Assembly (NCBI RefSeq): GCF_963921235.1
Contig: NC_086118.1
Span: 15,564,001 to 15,628,000, forward strand
DNA: 64,000 nucleotides
From: Mobula hypostoma
Taxonomy: Eukaryota
Direction of reading: 5' to 3'
Shown here piece by piece: positions 1 to 13,417 of this stretch. Numbering within the stretch: the stretch's first letter is position 1; each line of letters opens with the position of its first letter. A program made the translations under genes and the position numbers. The notes beneath the pieces are model-generated. The model did no database searches. It was not told the origin of the DNA and saw nothing but the letters and a program-made list of their open reading frames with translations.

Positions 1-1515
1 AAAAGGAGCTCACAAAATCAGACCTTATTGGCTTGAAAGAGACACACTCATCATTCTTGATAGTTTGTTGTTTAGGGACTCTAGATTCATCATTCTTGCT
101 TCTATGCATACCAAAATCATCAGTCAAATCTACTAAGGACATCAAGGCATCAAACATGTTGCCTCAGAGGAAGGCAATCTGTGTGATGGCCTGCTCTGAG
201 CACAGAGATGAGAGATTTTGTAAAGCAATGCGAAGCTTGCAGGAAACAGTACAAAAATCATGCTGAACCCCTCTGTCCCTCAGAATTCCCAGACTTTCCA
301 TGGCAAATTTCAGGCAAAGATATTTTCAAGCTGAAAAGAGAGAAATATATTCTCTCTGTAGATTACTACTCACAGAATATTGAGGGATCCGAGCTGTCCT
401 CTACATTCTCAGCAGCAGTTATGCAGCACCTGAAAGCTGAATTTGCTTGCAACGGATTACCAGAGTGTGTTTTCAACGTTCCACAATTCAGCTGCACAGA
501 ATTCAAAGTCTTTGCTAGGGACTATGAATTCAAACACCAGACAAGCAGTTCATGGGTATTATGGCAAATGGTGAAGTGGAAAGAGCAGTGCAAACTGTTA
601 ACGGTCCCTTATTGAAGACAAAAGACCCATATAAAGTATGGGTAGCTTATCGGCTCACACCTCTTGCAAATGGCTACAGTCCATCAGAGCTGTCAATGGC
701 CTGGAGACTGAGAACAAGCCTGCCTATTCCTCCTTCCCCTCTCCAACCTCACTTACCAGCCTTAGACAAAGTGAGATATTTTGAGACAACATAGCATGAG
801 ACTATGAAAAGCATTCATGATCTCAGACACAGAGGAAAATCTTTGTCACCACTCAGGAGTGGTAAAGCTGTCCGGGTTCAGACCAATTCACCAAAGTAAC
901 AGTAGTCTGACAGCATGCACCACGATTGTTTGTGATGAGAACATCACAAGGTGAAATCAGGTGGAACAGGTATGCACTCAGGCGCCTTCGAAGTCCACAG
1001 AAGGCAGAGGCAAAAGAGTAGCCTGATCCTGATGACAAGGACCATTTACTTGAGGTGGACACACCTGTTCAAGAATATCCATCTGCTCCAACACATCCAG
1101 GAACCTATACCAGCAGGCCTATACCAGCAGGGGTCATTTATCTGTCCCATCACAGAGATATTCTCCATAGCCTAATAGCTTAGGGCAAGTGACTAAAGAG
1201 GCAGAATAATCCCCTCAATTTGCTAGAGTGTTCAGGTAGTCTACTTTGACATCCATCAGATTTAGTGTTTTTTTAAAAAGTGTTCTAATGTTGAAAACAT
1301 TTCACAAAATGGGACTGTTCTGAATATAATGTTGCAAATTCTTTTTATATTTATGTAGGGACCATAAGTTATGTGCTCTGAGTAAAGTGAACTGAATTGC
1401 TCAATTTCAGTGAGTATTTTTAATGCAGTTCTATGCACAAGAAGTACTTAACTAGATTTCCCTTTTTTTCAAGAAGTGGAGATGTGGTAGTTAATTTGAG
1501 GAGATGTATCAGTAT
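1..1515 (+). mobile_element. Decayed Gypsy/Ty3 LTR retrotransposon: integrase region, polypurine tract, start of 3' LTR
   Basis: Frameshifted ORFs 208-615 and 552-794 read FVKQCEAC...PWQ...VDYYS...NGLPE...EFKVFARDYEFKH and ANGEVERAVQTV...YRLTPLANGYSPSEL (integrase zinc-binding and core motifs). Purine tract AAGAAGTGGAGA (1471-1482) is followed by TGTGGTAG at 1483. Confidence 0.8.
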
Positions 1516-4362
1516 TACAGTGGAGTAAAGGGAATTACACAGGCATGACAGAGGTGTTGGCCAAATAGATTGGAAAAGTACGCTGGCAGGAATGACAGAA
1601 GAGCAGCAATGGCTGAAATTTCTGGAAGCAATTCAGAAGGCAAAGGATATACTGTATACATCCCAAAGAGAAGAAAGTATTCTAAAGGTAAGATGACACA
1701 ACCATAGCTAACAAGAGAAGTCAACGCCTACATAAAAGCCAAGAGAGGACATATAATAGAGCAAAATTTATTGGGACGTTTGAGGATTGGGAAGCTTTTA
1801 AAAACCAATAGAAAAGTCATAAAGTGCCAGCACCTTTACTTCCTGAGAAAACTAAAGAAATTTGGTCTGTCCCCTAAAACCCTCACTAATTTTTATAGAT
1901 GCACCGTAGAAAGCATTCTTCTAGGGTGCATCACAACCTGGTATGGAAGTTGTCCTGTCCAAGACCAGAAGAAGCTGCAGAAGATCGTGAACACAGCCCA
2001 GCACATCACACAAACCAATCTTTCGTCCTTGGACTCACTTTACACCGGATGCTGTTGGAGCAGTGCTGCCAGGATAATCAAGGACACAACCCACCCAGCC
2101 AACACACTCTTCCTCCCTCTTCCCTCCGGGAGAAGGCTCAGGAGCTTGAAGACTGGTACGGTCAGATTTGGGAACAGCTTCTTTCCAACTGTGATAAGAC
2201 TGCTGAACGGATCCTGACCTGGATCTGGGCCGTACCCTCCAAATATCCAGACCTGCCTCTCGGTTCTTTTGCACTACCTTACTTTCCATTTTTCTATTTT
2301 CTATTTATGATTTGTAATTTAAACGTTTAATATTTACTATCAATATGTAATCCAGGGAGCGGGAAGCACAGAATCAAATAGTGCTGTGATGATTGTATGT
2401 TCTAGTATCAATTGTTTGGCAACAATAAAGTATAAAGTATAAAGAAGGAAAAGATGAAATATGAAAGTAAGCTAGCCAATAATATTAGAGAGGATACCAA
2501 AAGTTTTTTCACATACATAAAGTGTAAAAGAGAGGTGAGAGTGGAATCAGACCAATGGAAAATGATGCTGGAGAGGTAGTAATGGGGGACAAGGAAATGG
2601 CGGATGAACTGAATAAGCATTTTGCACAGTCTTCAGTGTGGAAGACACAAGGAGGATGGTGAAATTTCCAGAGAGTCAGGGGTCAGAAGGGTGTAAATTT
2701 GCCATTACTAGGGAGAAGGTTCTTTGGAAACTGAAAGGTGCTTTCTAAGGTGCATCTATAAAACTTACTGAGGGTTTTAGGGGACAGGCCAAATTTCTTT
2801 AGTTTTCTCAGGAAGTAAAGGCACTGGCCAGGACCGAAGAGTGTACACTCCAGGTTCTGAAAGGAGTGGTTGAAGAGATTGTGGAGGCATTAGTAATAAT
2901 CTTTCAAAAATCACTAGATTCTGAAATGGTTCTGGAAGACTGAGAAATTGCAAAAGTCACTCCACTCTTCAAGAAGAGAGAGAAGTAGAAGAATTATAGG
3001 CCAGTTAGCCTGACCTCAGTGGTTGGGAAGATTTTGGAATCGATTCTTAAGGTTATGGCTTTGGTGTACTTGGGGATATATGATAAGCTGTAGTCAGCAA
3101 GTTTCCTCAAGGGAAATTCCTGCCTGACAAATCTACTTGAATTCTTTGAAGATACAAGAAGCAGTGTAGACAAAGGAAAATTGGTTAATGCTGTGTATTT
3201 GGATTTTCAGAAGGCCGTTGACAAGGTGCCACAGATGAGGCTGCTTAACAAGTTAAGAGCCCATAGTATTACCGGAAAGCTAAACATAGATAAAGAAGTG
3301 GCTGATTGGCAGGAAGCAAAGTGTGGAAGCATTTTCTGGTTGGCTGCCGGTGACTAGTGGTGTTGCACAAGGACTTGTGTTCGGACTGTTTCTTTTTACA
3401 TTTTATATGTCAATGACTTGAATGATGTACTAACGGCTTTGTTGCAGAGTTTGCAGATGATACCAAGGTAGGTGGAGGGCAGGTAGTTTTGAGCAAATAG
3501 AGAAGCTACAGAAGTACGTAGATAGATTAGGAGGATGGGCAAAGAAGTAGCAGATGGAATACAGTATTAGGAACTGTATGGTGATGTACTTTGGTAGAAG
3601 AAATGAAAGGGTAGACTATTTTCTAAATGGAGAGAAAATGCAAAAATCTGAGTGACAAGGATTTGGGAGTTCAAGTGCAGGATTTTCTGAAGGTTAATTT
3701 ATAGTTTGAGTCTGTGGTGAGGAAGGCAAATGTGATGTTAGCATTCATTTCAAGAGGACTAGAATATAAACACAAGGATGTAATGTTGAGGCTTTATAAA
3801 GCACTGGTGAGGCCTTACTTGGCACATTATGAGCAGTTTTGGGCCCCATATGTTAGAAAAGATGTGCTGACACTGGAGAGGTTACAAAATAGATTCATGA
3901 AAATCATTCCAGGTTTGAATGGCTTGTTATATGAAGAGCCTTTGATGACTCTGGGTCTGAATTCACTAGAATTCAGAAGAATGAGGAGGGCTTAATTGAA
4001 ATATATCAAACAGTGAAAAGTCTTGATAACATAGATGTGGAGAGGACATTTCCTATTGTAGGAGACCTGAGGACCAGAGGACACAGTTTCAGAACAGAGG
4101 GGCATCCTTTTAGAACAGAGATGACGAGAAATTTCATTAGCCAGAGAGGGTGGATCTGTGGAATTTGTTGACAAAGGCAGCTGTACAAGCGAAGTCTTTA
4201 TAAATATTTAAGGCAGAGGTAGATAGACACTTGATTGGTCAAGGCACGAAGGGATAATGGCAGGAAATTGGGGCAGAGAAATAATGGATCAACCATGATG
4301 AAATGGCAGAGCAGAATCAATGGACCAAATAGCCTCACTCCCTTCCTATATCTTATGGTCTT
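1516..4362 (+). mobile_element. Decayed CR1 LINE (ORF2 RT to 3' tail), interrupted by insertions
   Basis: CR1 ORF2 motifs in broken frames (NYRPVSLTSVVGK, VYLDFQKA, FADD, LYKALVRP, LEFRRMR). Collinear with the intact copy at 43.6-46.6 kb. 3' end TCTTATGGTCTT. Confidence 0.85.
1825..2444 (+). mobile_element. 3' fragment of Rex1/Babar-type LINE nested in CR1
   Basis: ORF 1771-2217 C-terminal part LYFLRKLKKFG...FYRCTVESIL...LPSGRRLRS...SFFPTVIRLLN. Tail AATAAAGTATAAAGTATAAAG. The CR1 frame resumes after 2444. Confidence 0.8.
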
Positions 4363-4387
4363 AACAATGTTATTTCCATGCCACTCC

Positions 4388-5245
4388 TAGAATCATAGAA
4401 AAACTACAGCACAATACAGGCCATTTGGCCCACACTGCTGTGCCGAACATGTACTTACTTTAGAAATTACCTCGGGTTACCCATAGTGCTCCATTTTTCT
4501 AAGCTCCATGACCCTATCCGGGAGCCTCTTAAAAGACCCTACTGTATCCACCACCACTACAGTCGCCGGCAGCACATTCCATGCACTCACCGCTCTGTGT
4601 GAAAAATTTACCCCTGACATCGCCTCTCTACCTACTTCCAAGCATCTTAAGACTGTGCCCTCTCGTGTCAGCCCCAGGAAAAAGCCTCAGACTATCCACA
4701 AGATCAATACCTCTCATCATCTTATACATCCCTGTCAGGTTATCTCTCATCCTCCGTCGTTCAAGGAGAAAAGGCCAAGTTCACTCAACCTATTCTCATA
4801 AGGCATGCTCCCCAATCCAGGCAACATCCTCATAAATCTCCTCTGCACCCTTTCTATAGTTCTACACTACATCCTTCCTCTACTGAAGTGACCAGAACTG
4901 AGCACAGTACTTCAAGTAGGGTCTGACCAGGGTCATATATAGCTGTAGCATTACCTCTCGGCTCCTGAACTGCAACCGTCGGTTGATGCCTTCTTAACCA
5001 CACAGTTAACCTGCGCAGCAGCTCTGTGTGTCCTATGGACATGGACCCCAAGATCCCTCTGAGCCTCCACACTACCAAGAGTCTTACCATTAATACTATA
5101 TTCTGCCATCATATTTCACCTACCAAAACGAACCACCTCACACTTACCTGGGTTGAACTCCCTCTGCCACTTGTCAGCCCAGTTTTGCATCCAATCGATG
5201 TCCTGCTGTAACCTCTGACAGTCCTCCACAACAACCCCAACCTTC
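4388..5245 (-). mobile_element. CR1 LINE 3' fragment
   Basis: Minus-strand peptide LQQDIDWMQNWADKWQREFNPGKCEVVRFG. Reverse-complement CR1 tail at ~4390-4460. Confidence 0.8.
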
Positions 5246-5865
5246 CTACAAGGAAGAAGTTCACATACCATGCAAGCACGGTTTGCAATAAAGTTGATTT
5301 GAATATTCTGCATGCTGGTATCCTGGTGTGCTCTGCACTATCCCATTTTAGAATGTCAAAGGCATGGGATATTGAGCTCCCAGTCATACTCTCCTATCAC
5401 ATTTTTTAATAGCTAACAATCACACTCATTCACATCTATTTGTGAGGCAATCTCATCAGCATGTTAAAAATGCCACAGGCATTCATTAAAGTCTTTTTAT
5501 TTTAATGTACGTAGCTACAAGAATTTTAAAAAACATCCATGGGAAGATCTGTGAGGAGATCAATAACTCTTGACTTAAATCTGTGCTCTGCACACAAAAA
5601 AACAGATAACCGAAATACAAAGTAGTATTCCTGATTACACAGCTTCGCTGCAGGAACAAAGGTTGGATTAGGGCAGGGATACGACTGACATTAAAGAGTC
5701 TATATATTTGCACAGAAAGCAAAATCAATTAACTATCTTTAATGCATAACGTGATTCGAAATACAGCAGCTTCATTTCAAAGTCAATAGTCAAAGTTGAG
5801 TTTACTGTCACATGCACAAGTGCAATGAAGAACTTCCAGCAGCAACACAGGTATGTAGCATCAGT

Positions 5866-6678
5866 TGGAAAATGCATAGTCCAGCACTTTGACAGTAGAA
5901 ATAAATGAGCAGACTATTTTCTAAATGGGAAGAAAATCCAAAAATCTGAGATGCAAAGGGACTTGAGAGTCCTTGTACAGAACACTCTAAGGGTTAACTG
6001 GTAGGTTGAGTTGGTGGTGAGGAAGGGAAATGCAATGATAGCATTCATTTCAAGAGATCTAGAATACAAAAGCAGGGATGTGATGCTGAGGCTTTGTAAG
6101 ACACCGGTGAGGCCTCACGTTGAGCAATGTGAATAGTTTTGGGCTCCAACCTCACGTATGCTGGCATTGGAGAGGGTTCAGAGGAGGTTCACAAGGATGA
6201 TTCTAGGAATAACAGAGTTATCATACGAGGAATGTTTGATGGCCCTGGGTCTGTACTCGCTGGAACTTAGAAGGATGAGGGGGGATCTCATTAAAACCTT
6301 TCAAATGTTGAAAGGCCTAGACAGAGTAGATGTGGAAAGGATGTTTCCCGTGGTGGGAGAGCCGAGGACAAGAGGGCACAGGCTCAGAATAGAGAGGCAA
6401 CCATTTAAGACAGAGGTGCGGAGAAATTTCTTTAGCCAGAGGGTGGTGAATTTGTGGAATTTGTTACCACATGCTGCTGTGGAAGGCAGGTCATTGGGTG
6501 CATTTAAGGCAGAGCTTGATAGATTCTTGATTGAACATGGCATCAAAGTTTATAGGGAGAAGGCCGGGAATGGGGTTGAGGAGGGGAAAAAAGGATCAGC
6601 GATGACTGAATGGCGGAGCAGACTCGATGGGCCAAATGACCAAATTCTGCTCCTATGTCCTGTGGTCATATGGTCTGA
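5866..6678 (+). mobile_element. CR1 LINE 3' fragment
   Basis: ORF 6158-6727 LERVQRRFTRM...LGLYSLELRRMRGDLI...TRGH...FFSQRVVNLWN (CR1 ORF2 C-terminus) plus 3' UTR. Confidence 0.85.
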
Positions 6679-7874
6679 TACAATCAGGAGTTACAAGAAA
6701 AATAAAAAAGGGCAATTAGTTACATAAAATTCTGTACATAAAATCAATCCCAGTCACTTTTAGCCATGAGATTATGAAGTGTGGTTTAAGGTAATTATAT
6801 AACCATCTACATCTAACCAAGCTGGTGCAAGAAATGTACAAAAAATTACATTGCTCTTATTTCACTGATTATGACACGGTGGAAAAACTGCCAATAAAAA
6901 TTAATCTGATGGGCAATTATATATTTCATTGACAGTCTTTCATTTCATCGCACTTGCCTTTCCAATAAGGCAGAAATACTTTGTATGTGGTATTTACATT
7001 TAAATATTACTTTACACAGTTACTGGATCTCACGAGCTTAAAGTGGAGTTATATTTCAGCCTGCAATGTAAATAAGGGCTGCTAATCTTGACTCTGATCC
7101 TAATATTTGCATCATCTGCATTTTTGAGGCATATATAACATTAACGTACAAGACATATTTATAGATTTTGAAATGCATGCATTTACTTCAGAAACATTTG
7201 TTAGTAATTTTATAAAACTGTGGGCCAAATTAAAATATTTCCTGCAAAAGGCTTGTCTGATAGTATTCTTGCCTCCGATTCAGATAGTTGGGAGTTAATA
7301 AAAATATATTTTTAATTGAAAGATCTATCATGCCTTACTTTCTTTCACTAAGCAAGACCCCCTGAGCAAGAAGATCTCTGTAAGAAAATGTGACAACCTT
7401 TACAGCTGATATGATTTTTTACTGGGTAAAATAATGTAATTAAAAATTAGAGCTGTTGTTAGTCGTCAGTATAAACAGAGTTCAGCATTAGTCAGTTTAA
7501 TTACTTGATATTTACTCAGGGAACTATCTTTCTCTCCGAATCAATGGTGCATTAAAATAACTTGTTAATTTCCTATTTCAACCTCTTCACAGCAGCAATA
7601 GCTCTATACATCTACGCTTTGATATTCCATTGAGTGTCTGAGATTAATCAGGAGAAAAAACAAGTTTTTGATAATTAATCAAGTCAATTGATACAATATA
7701 CCATGCATAAATATTCACCTAGTCACCAGTCATAGAATTGTGGGGAGAAAAATCAAGGAAAAAGCCCACTCACTTCACAAAAACCATTAAGTATCCATTG
7801 TCATATATTTCAATTTTCCTCCATTCCCATCAACTTACCCTGTATTCTGCCATCAATATCCAAGTCCTCAGCTC

Positions 7875-8722
7875 AGTAAAAGTGGCCATGCAAGTGGATA
7901 GTATGGTAAAGAAGGCATATTGGCATGCTTGCCTTCATTTGTCAGGACATTGAGTATACGAGTTAGGAAGTCATGTTGCAGCTATATAAATCTTTGGATA
8001 GGCTGTATTTGGAGTATTGTATTAATTTCTGTTTTCCCCATTACAGAAAGGATGTGGAGGCTTTGGAAAGTGTGCAGAAGTCCAACTTCTCTTAATAGTT
8101 TAGAATAAGAATCAGAATCAGGTTTATTATCTCTGACATACGTCATGAAATTCGCTATTATGAGGCAGCAATACAGTTTTAGACACAAAGGTATTTTTAC
8201 TTACAAGTAAAAGTAAATAGATAGATAGAGTGAAAGTGGAATAGTGAGGAGAAATTTGATGGCAGATGGGATGCTCTCTAATCCAAGATGTTGCATGGAC
8301 AAACTTGGAACAAACTTGGGATTACATACCCTCAGCATCAGAGGCTGAGGGGAGGCCTGACAGAGGTTGATAAAATTCTGAGAGGCATAGTTAGCCAGAA
8401 TCTATTTTGCCAGGTAAGAAATACCCAGTAGTAGAAGACGTGCATTTGAGGTGATGGGGGAAATGTTAAAGGAGCAGGATGGGGGGTGTTGTTTTTTGAA
8501 CATAATGACTGGAAGGTGCCTGAGATGGGCTGCCAGGAGTAGTGGTGGAAGAAGATACAATAGTGATGTTTAAGAAATCATTAGATAAATACAAGATTAT
8601 GCAAGAAATTGAGTGATATGGATCAGGTTACAGGCAGATGAGATTTAGTTTAATTTTGCATTATGTTCAGGACAAATCTTGTGGACTGAAGGGCCTGTTT
8701 TTATGCTATATTGTTCTATGTC
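7875..8722 (+). mobile_element. Highly decayed CR1 3' fragment(s)
   Basis: QVDSMVKKAY and RLRGGLTEVDKILRG-like pieces. 3' tail GGGCCTGTTT...TGTTCTATG. Confidence 0.6.
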
Positions 8723-9261
8723 TGAAATCATTTTAACCAACACATTATGGGCAATTTGCAGTGGACAACTAAGCTACCAACATATCTTCATTTTGCTACA
8801 TTTGCTTTGTTATAAATAGCTGTCTAAGGAGCTTGCTGGTGTCAGTCAGGATTAACTGAAAAGTTGTAGGGATAAGGCTTAGCAAATATTGTTAATAACT
8901 TATGTGCATGGGGATATGAAACAGGTGGAATACTTAGTGTAATAATCAGAATTAGCACACAATGCAAATATGGCCAAAATAGCGGCAACTGGTGGATTAC
9001 CATACGTACCATGTTTAAATGACAAATAAAGTGAATAAACAGAAAATACATGTTAATTCTCCAACGTCTTTCTTAATGGAGGTGATCTGTACTGGGTATA
9101 CTACTGGTTATGCTAACAGCAAGAGATAGGGGAGCAGATATGTAGACAAATCACAAAATGATTTAAAAGTAATAGGCACAAGAGATTCTGAAGTTACTGG
9201 AAATCCAGAGTAACACACACATGCTTTCAATCTCTTCAATAACTTTCAATTCCAGGGCCTG

Positions 9262-11038
9262 ATTGCCCATTTTCACCATGGATATCCAATTCTTGCACAC
9301 CTCTATCTCCTCACAAGAAGGCCTTGAATCTCTCTGCTTCTTCCTAGACAAAAGACCCAATCAGTTGCCCTTCACCTCCATCCTCCTCCATCTGGCAGGA
9401 CTAGACCTCACACTCAACAATTTCTCTTTCAGTTCCTCCCACCTTCTACAAACCCAAGGTGCAGCCATGGGCACCTACATGGGCCCCAGCTATGTCTGCC
9501 ATTTCACTGACTACATAGAACAGTCCATCTTCAAAGCTTTCACTGGTAATGCTCCCCAAATCTTTTGGTGCTACGTTGATGACTACATTGGTGCTGTTTC
9601 ATGCACCCTTGCCGAGCGCATCAACTGTTCCTTCAACCTCCACCCTACCCTCAAATTCCCTTAGTCCATTTCTGACATCTCTCTTCATTTTCTCGAACTC
9701 TCTGTTACCACCTCTGGAGACAGATTGTCCACTGATATTTTTATAAGTTTACTGACTCTCACAGCTATCTCAACTATACTTCTTTCCATTAATGCTACCC
9801 TCAGCTGCATCTCTTCCATTTCCCAGACTTCCGCCCTCACCCCATCTTCCTGTTGCCCGAACAGGGATAGAGTTCCTCTCATCACTTACCATCTATGAGC
9901 TTCTGGAACCAGCACATCATTCTTTACAACTTCTGCCATTTTCAGTGGAATCCTACTACCACCTTACCCCTCCCCCACTCTCCACTTTCCACTGGGATCA
10001 CTCGCTCTGTGATTCCCATGTCTATTCATCCCTCTCCACAGATCTCCCTCCTGTCATTTGTCCCTGCAAGCAGAAGAAGTGCTACATATGCCCATTCACC
10101 TTTTCCCCCCCCACCATTCAGGGCCCCAAACAGTCCTTGCAGGTGAGGCAACACTTCAGTTGTGAGTCTGTCGGGGGTCATCTACTGTATCTGGTACTCC
10201 CAGTGCAGCCCCTTCTACATTGGTGACACCCAACAGATTAGGGAACTACTTTGTAAAGCAGCTTTGCAATAAGCAGGATCTCCTGGTAGCCAATCATTCC
10301 CATTTCCACATATTGGTCCATAGCCTCCTCTACTGCCAAGATGAGAGAGACAGCTGTCATGTTGGAGGAGCAACACCTCATATTCTCTCTGGGTAGCCTC
10401 CAACCAGATGCGAACATCCATTTTTCTAACTTCTGGTTATTTCTTCCCCCTCCCCCTTCTCTCTTCTTCTGTGCTCCATTCTGGCATCTTCTCCTAACCT
10501 GCATTTTGCCTCCATCTGCTGCTTCTCCTTCCCTTCCTCCCATGGTCCATTCTCCTCTTCGATTGGATTCCTTCTTCATCAGCCCTTTGCCTTTTCCTTC
10601 TGTCACCTAACAGCTTCTCAGTTCACCCTCCCCCACATCCCTCACCCACCTACCATCCCCCACCCACCTACCATCCCTCTCACGTGGCTTCACCTGTTAA
10701 TTTCCAGCTTTCCCCACCCACCACCTTCTTATGAAGGATCTCAGCCAAAACGTCAACTTTTTATTCCTTTCAACACACACAAAGTGCTGGAGAAACTCAG
10801 CAGGTCAGGCAGTATTTATGGAAAAAAGTACAGTCAACATTTCAGGCTGAGACCCTTTGGCAGTCAGCTTGAAACGTCGACTGTACTTTTTTCAATAGAT
10901 GCTGCCTGGCCCGCTGAGTTGCTCCAGCATTTTGTGTGTGTTGCTTCGATCTCCAGAATCTGCAGATTTTACCTTCTTTATTCCTTTCCATAGGTACTGC
11001 CTGACCTGCTGAGTTCCTCCAGCATTTCGTGTGTGTTA
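9262..11038 (+). mobile_element. Decayed Penelope-like retroelement (RT + GIY-YIG endonuclease + terminal repeat)
   Basis: ORF 9263-9664 IFTMDIQFLHTSISSQEGL...LTLNNFSF...GAAMGTYMGPSY...YVDDYIG (PLE RT). QGPKQSLQVRQHFSCESVG...LYIGDT (GIY-YIG remnant). Pyrimidine-rich tail and terminal repeat. Confidence 0.8.
10772..10976. repeat. Palindromic (fold-back) copy of the Penelope terminal repeat inserted in the older PLE tail
   Basis: ~75-bp inverted arms (ACACACAAAGTGCTGGAG...TTCAGGCTGA / TCAGCTTGAAAC...CTCCAGCATTTTGTGTGT) around a ~13-nt loop. Flanked by the 12-bp direct repeat TTTATTCCTTTC (10760-10771, 10977-10988). Confidence 0.75.
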
Positions 11039-11044
11039 CTTAAA

Positions 11045-12639
11045 ATCAGCAGGGTTAGTTACACGGCTGAACAGGTGAGAAGGCAGCTGAAACGTCTCAA
11101 CCCAAGCAAGGCTGCAGGACCGGATGGTGTCAGTACCAGGGTGCTCAAAGCCTGTGCCCCTCAGCTATGTGGAGTACTTCACCATGTATTCAACCTGAGC
11201 CTGAGGCTCCAGAGGGTTCCTGTACTGAAGAAAACATCCTGCCTCATCCCTGTGCCGAACACGCCGCGCCCCAGTGGCCTCAATGACTACAGACCGGTGG
11301 CATTGACCTCCCACATCATGAAGACCCTGGAAAGACTTGTTCTGGAGCTGCTCCGGCCGATGGTCAAGCCACATTTGGATCCCCTTCTGTCCGCCTACCA
11401 GCCCCGACTAGGAGTTGAGGATGCCATCGTCTACCTGCTGAACTGTGTCTACGCCCACCTGGACAAGCCAGCGAGCACTGTGAGGGTCATGTTTTTTGAC
11501 TTCTCCAGTGAGTTCAACACCATCCGCCCTGCTCTGCTGGGGGAGAAGCTGACAGCGATGCAGGTGGATGCTTCCCTGGTAACATGGATTCTTGGTTACC
11601 TGACTGGCAGACCACAGTACGTGTGCTTGCAACACTTTGTGTCCGAAAGAGTGATCAGCAGCACTGGGGCTCGCTCCACAGGGGACTGTCTTGTCTCCCT
11701 TTCTCTTCACCATTTACACCTCGGACTTCAACTGCTGCACAGAGTCTTGTCATCTTCAGAAGTTTTCAGATGACTCTGCCATAGTTGGATGTATCAGCAA
11801 GGGAGATGAGGTCGAGTACAGGGCTACTGTAGGAAACTTTGTCACATGGTATGAGCAGAATTATCTGCAGCTTAATGTGAAAAAGACTAAGGAGCTGGTG
11901 GTAGACCTGAGGAGAGCTTAGGTACCGGTGACCCCTGTTTTCATCCAGGGGGTCAGTGTGGATATGGTGGAGGATTACAAATACCTGGGGATATGTATTG
12001 ACAATAAACTGGACTGGTCAAAGAACACTGAGGCTGTCTACAAGAAGGGTCAGAGCCGTCTCTATTTCCTGAGGAGACTGAGGTCCTTTAACATCTGCCG
12101 GACGATGCTGAGGATGTTCTACGAGTCTGTGGTGGCCAGTGCTATCATGTTTGCTGTTGTGTGCTGGGGCAGCAGGCTGAGGGTGGCAGACACCAACAGA
12201 ATCAACAAACTTATTCAAAAGGCCAGTGATGTTGTGGGGATGGAACTGGACTCTCTCACGGCGGTGTCTGAAAAGAGGATGCTGTCGAAGTTGCATGCCA
12301 TCTTGGTCAATGTCTCCCATCCACTACATAATGTACTGGGTGGGCACAGGAGTACATTCAGCCAGAGACTCATTCCTCCAAGATGCAGCACAGAACGTCA
12401 TAGGAAGTCATTCCTGCCTGTGGCCATCGAACTTTACAACTCCTCCCTTGGAGGGTCAGACACCCTGTGCCGATAGGCTGATCCTGGACTTATTTCATAA
12501 TTTCCTGGCATAATTTACATATTACTATTTAACTATTTATGGTTCTATTACTATTTATTATTTATGGTGCAACTGTAACGAAAACCAATTTCCCCCTGGG
12601 ATCAATAAAGTATGACTATGATTATGACTATGACTATGA
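11045..12639 (+). mobile_element. Rex1-type LINE, 5'-truncated, young
   Basis: ORFs 11033-11773, 11691-11921 and 11928-12476 give a continuous RT: KAAGPDG, DYRPVALTSHIMKTLERL, FFDFSSEFNTI, SPFLFTIYTSDF, KFSDDSAIVG, YKYLG. One 4-bp duplication frameshift (~11668) and one stop (11919-11921). AATAAA then (ATGACT)n tail. Confidence 0.9.
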
Positions 12640-13410
12640 TTAGTAGAGGATTTCAATTTTACCAATCTTGACTGGGAATACTTTCATATGGAAGTGTCAG
12701 TCAGCAGGGGGCAGTTTTTAAGATGCATATGGGAAAATGTTTTGAGTATGTACATTGATAATCCCCCTAGGGAAGGACCAGTACTGGACGTAATGTTAGG
12801 GAATGTAGCCAAGCAAGTGGTTATAGCAACAGGGAAGAACATTTCAGAGGTAGTGACCATAACTCTGTAAGTTACACCATCGCTTGGAAAGAAACAACGT
12901 TGGTCCTTAAATTAGGATCTCATATTGTGGGAAAGCAGATTTGAATATTATAAGACATGAGCTGGCAAAAAGAATTGGAAGCAGTTACTTGCAGTTAGCT
13001 CCACAAGTGTGAAGCATTCAAATATGTAATCATCAGAGCTCAGGGAAAACATGTTCCTATAAAGGGAAAGCAAATTAGTGAGCCCAGGGAATCAAGGATG
13101 TCAAAGGATATTAAGGGCAGGATTGAAAAGAAAGCAAGCATATGATTGGTATAAAGAACTGAAAATGGGAAGGCCCTTCAGATATAGAAATATATTGCGG
13201 GGGGCAATACTTTGTAGATCAAAGCAGTACAGAGTGGACATGAAACATCACTAAATGACAAGGTGAAGGAAAATCCTAAAGCTAATTATAAGTTGTTTAA
13301 GAACAGAAGAGTAACTTGGGAAAAATAGGTCTGTTTAAGAATCAAAGTTCGTGGAAGGAATCGGTAGGGAAAAGATATATCAGCATTTCGAAAGACGAGG
13401 ACAAATACAG
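12640..13410 (+). mobile_element. Old CR1 fragment (endonuclease C-terminal half and linker)
   Basis: DFNLPxLDWE, YIDNPPREGPVLDVMLGN and SDHN-like motifs. Confidence 0.6.
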
Positions 13411-13417
13411 GACAGTC

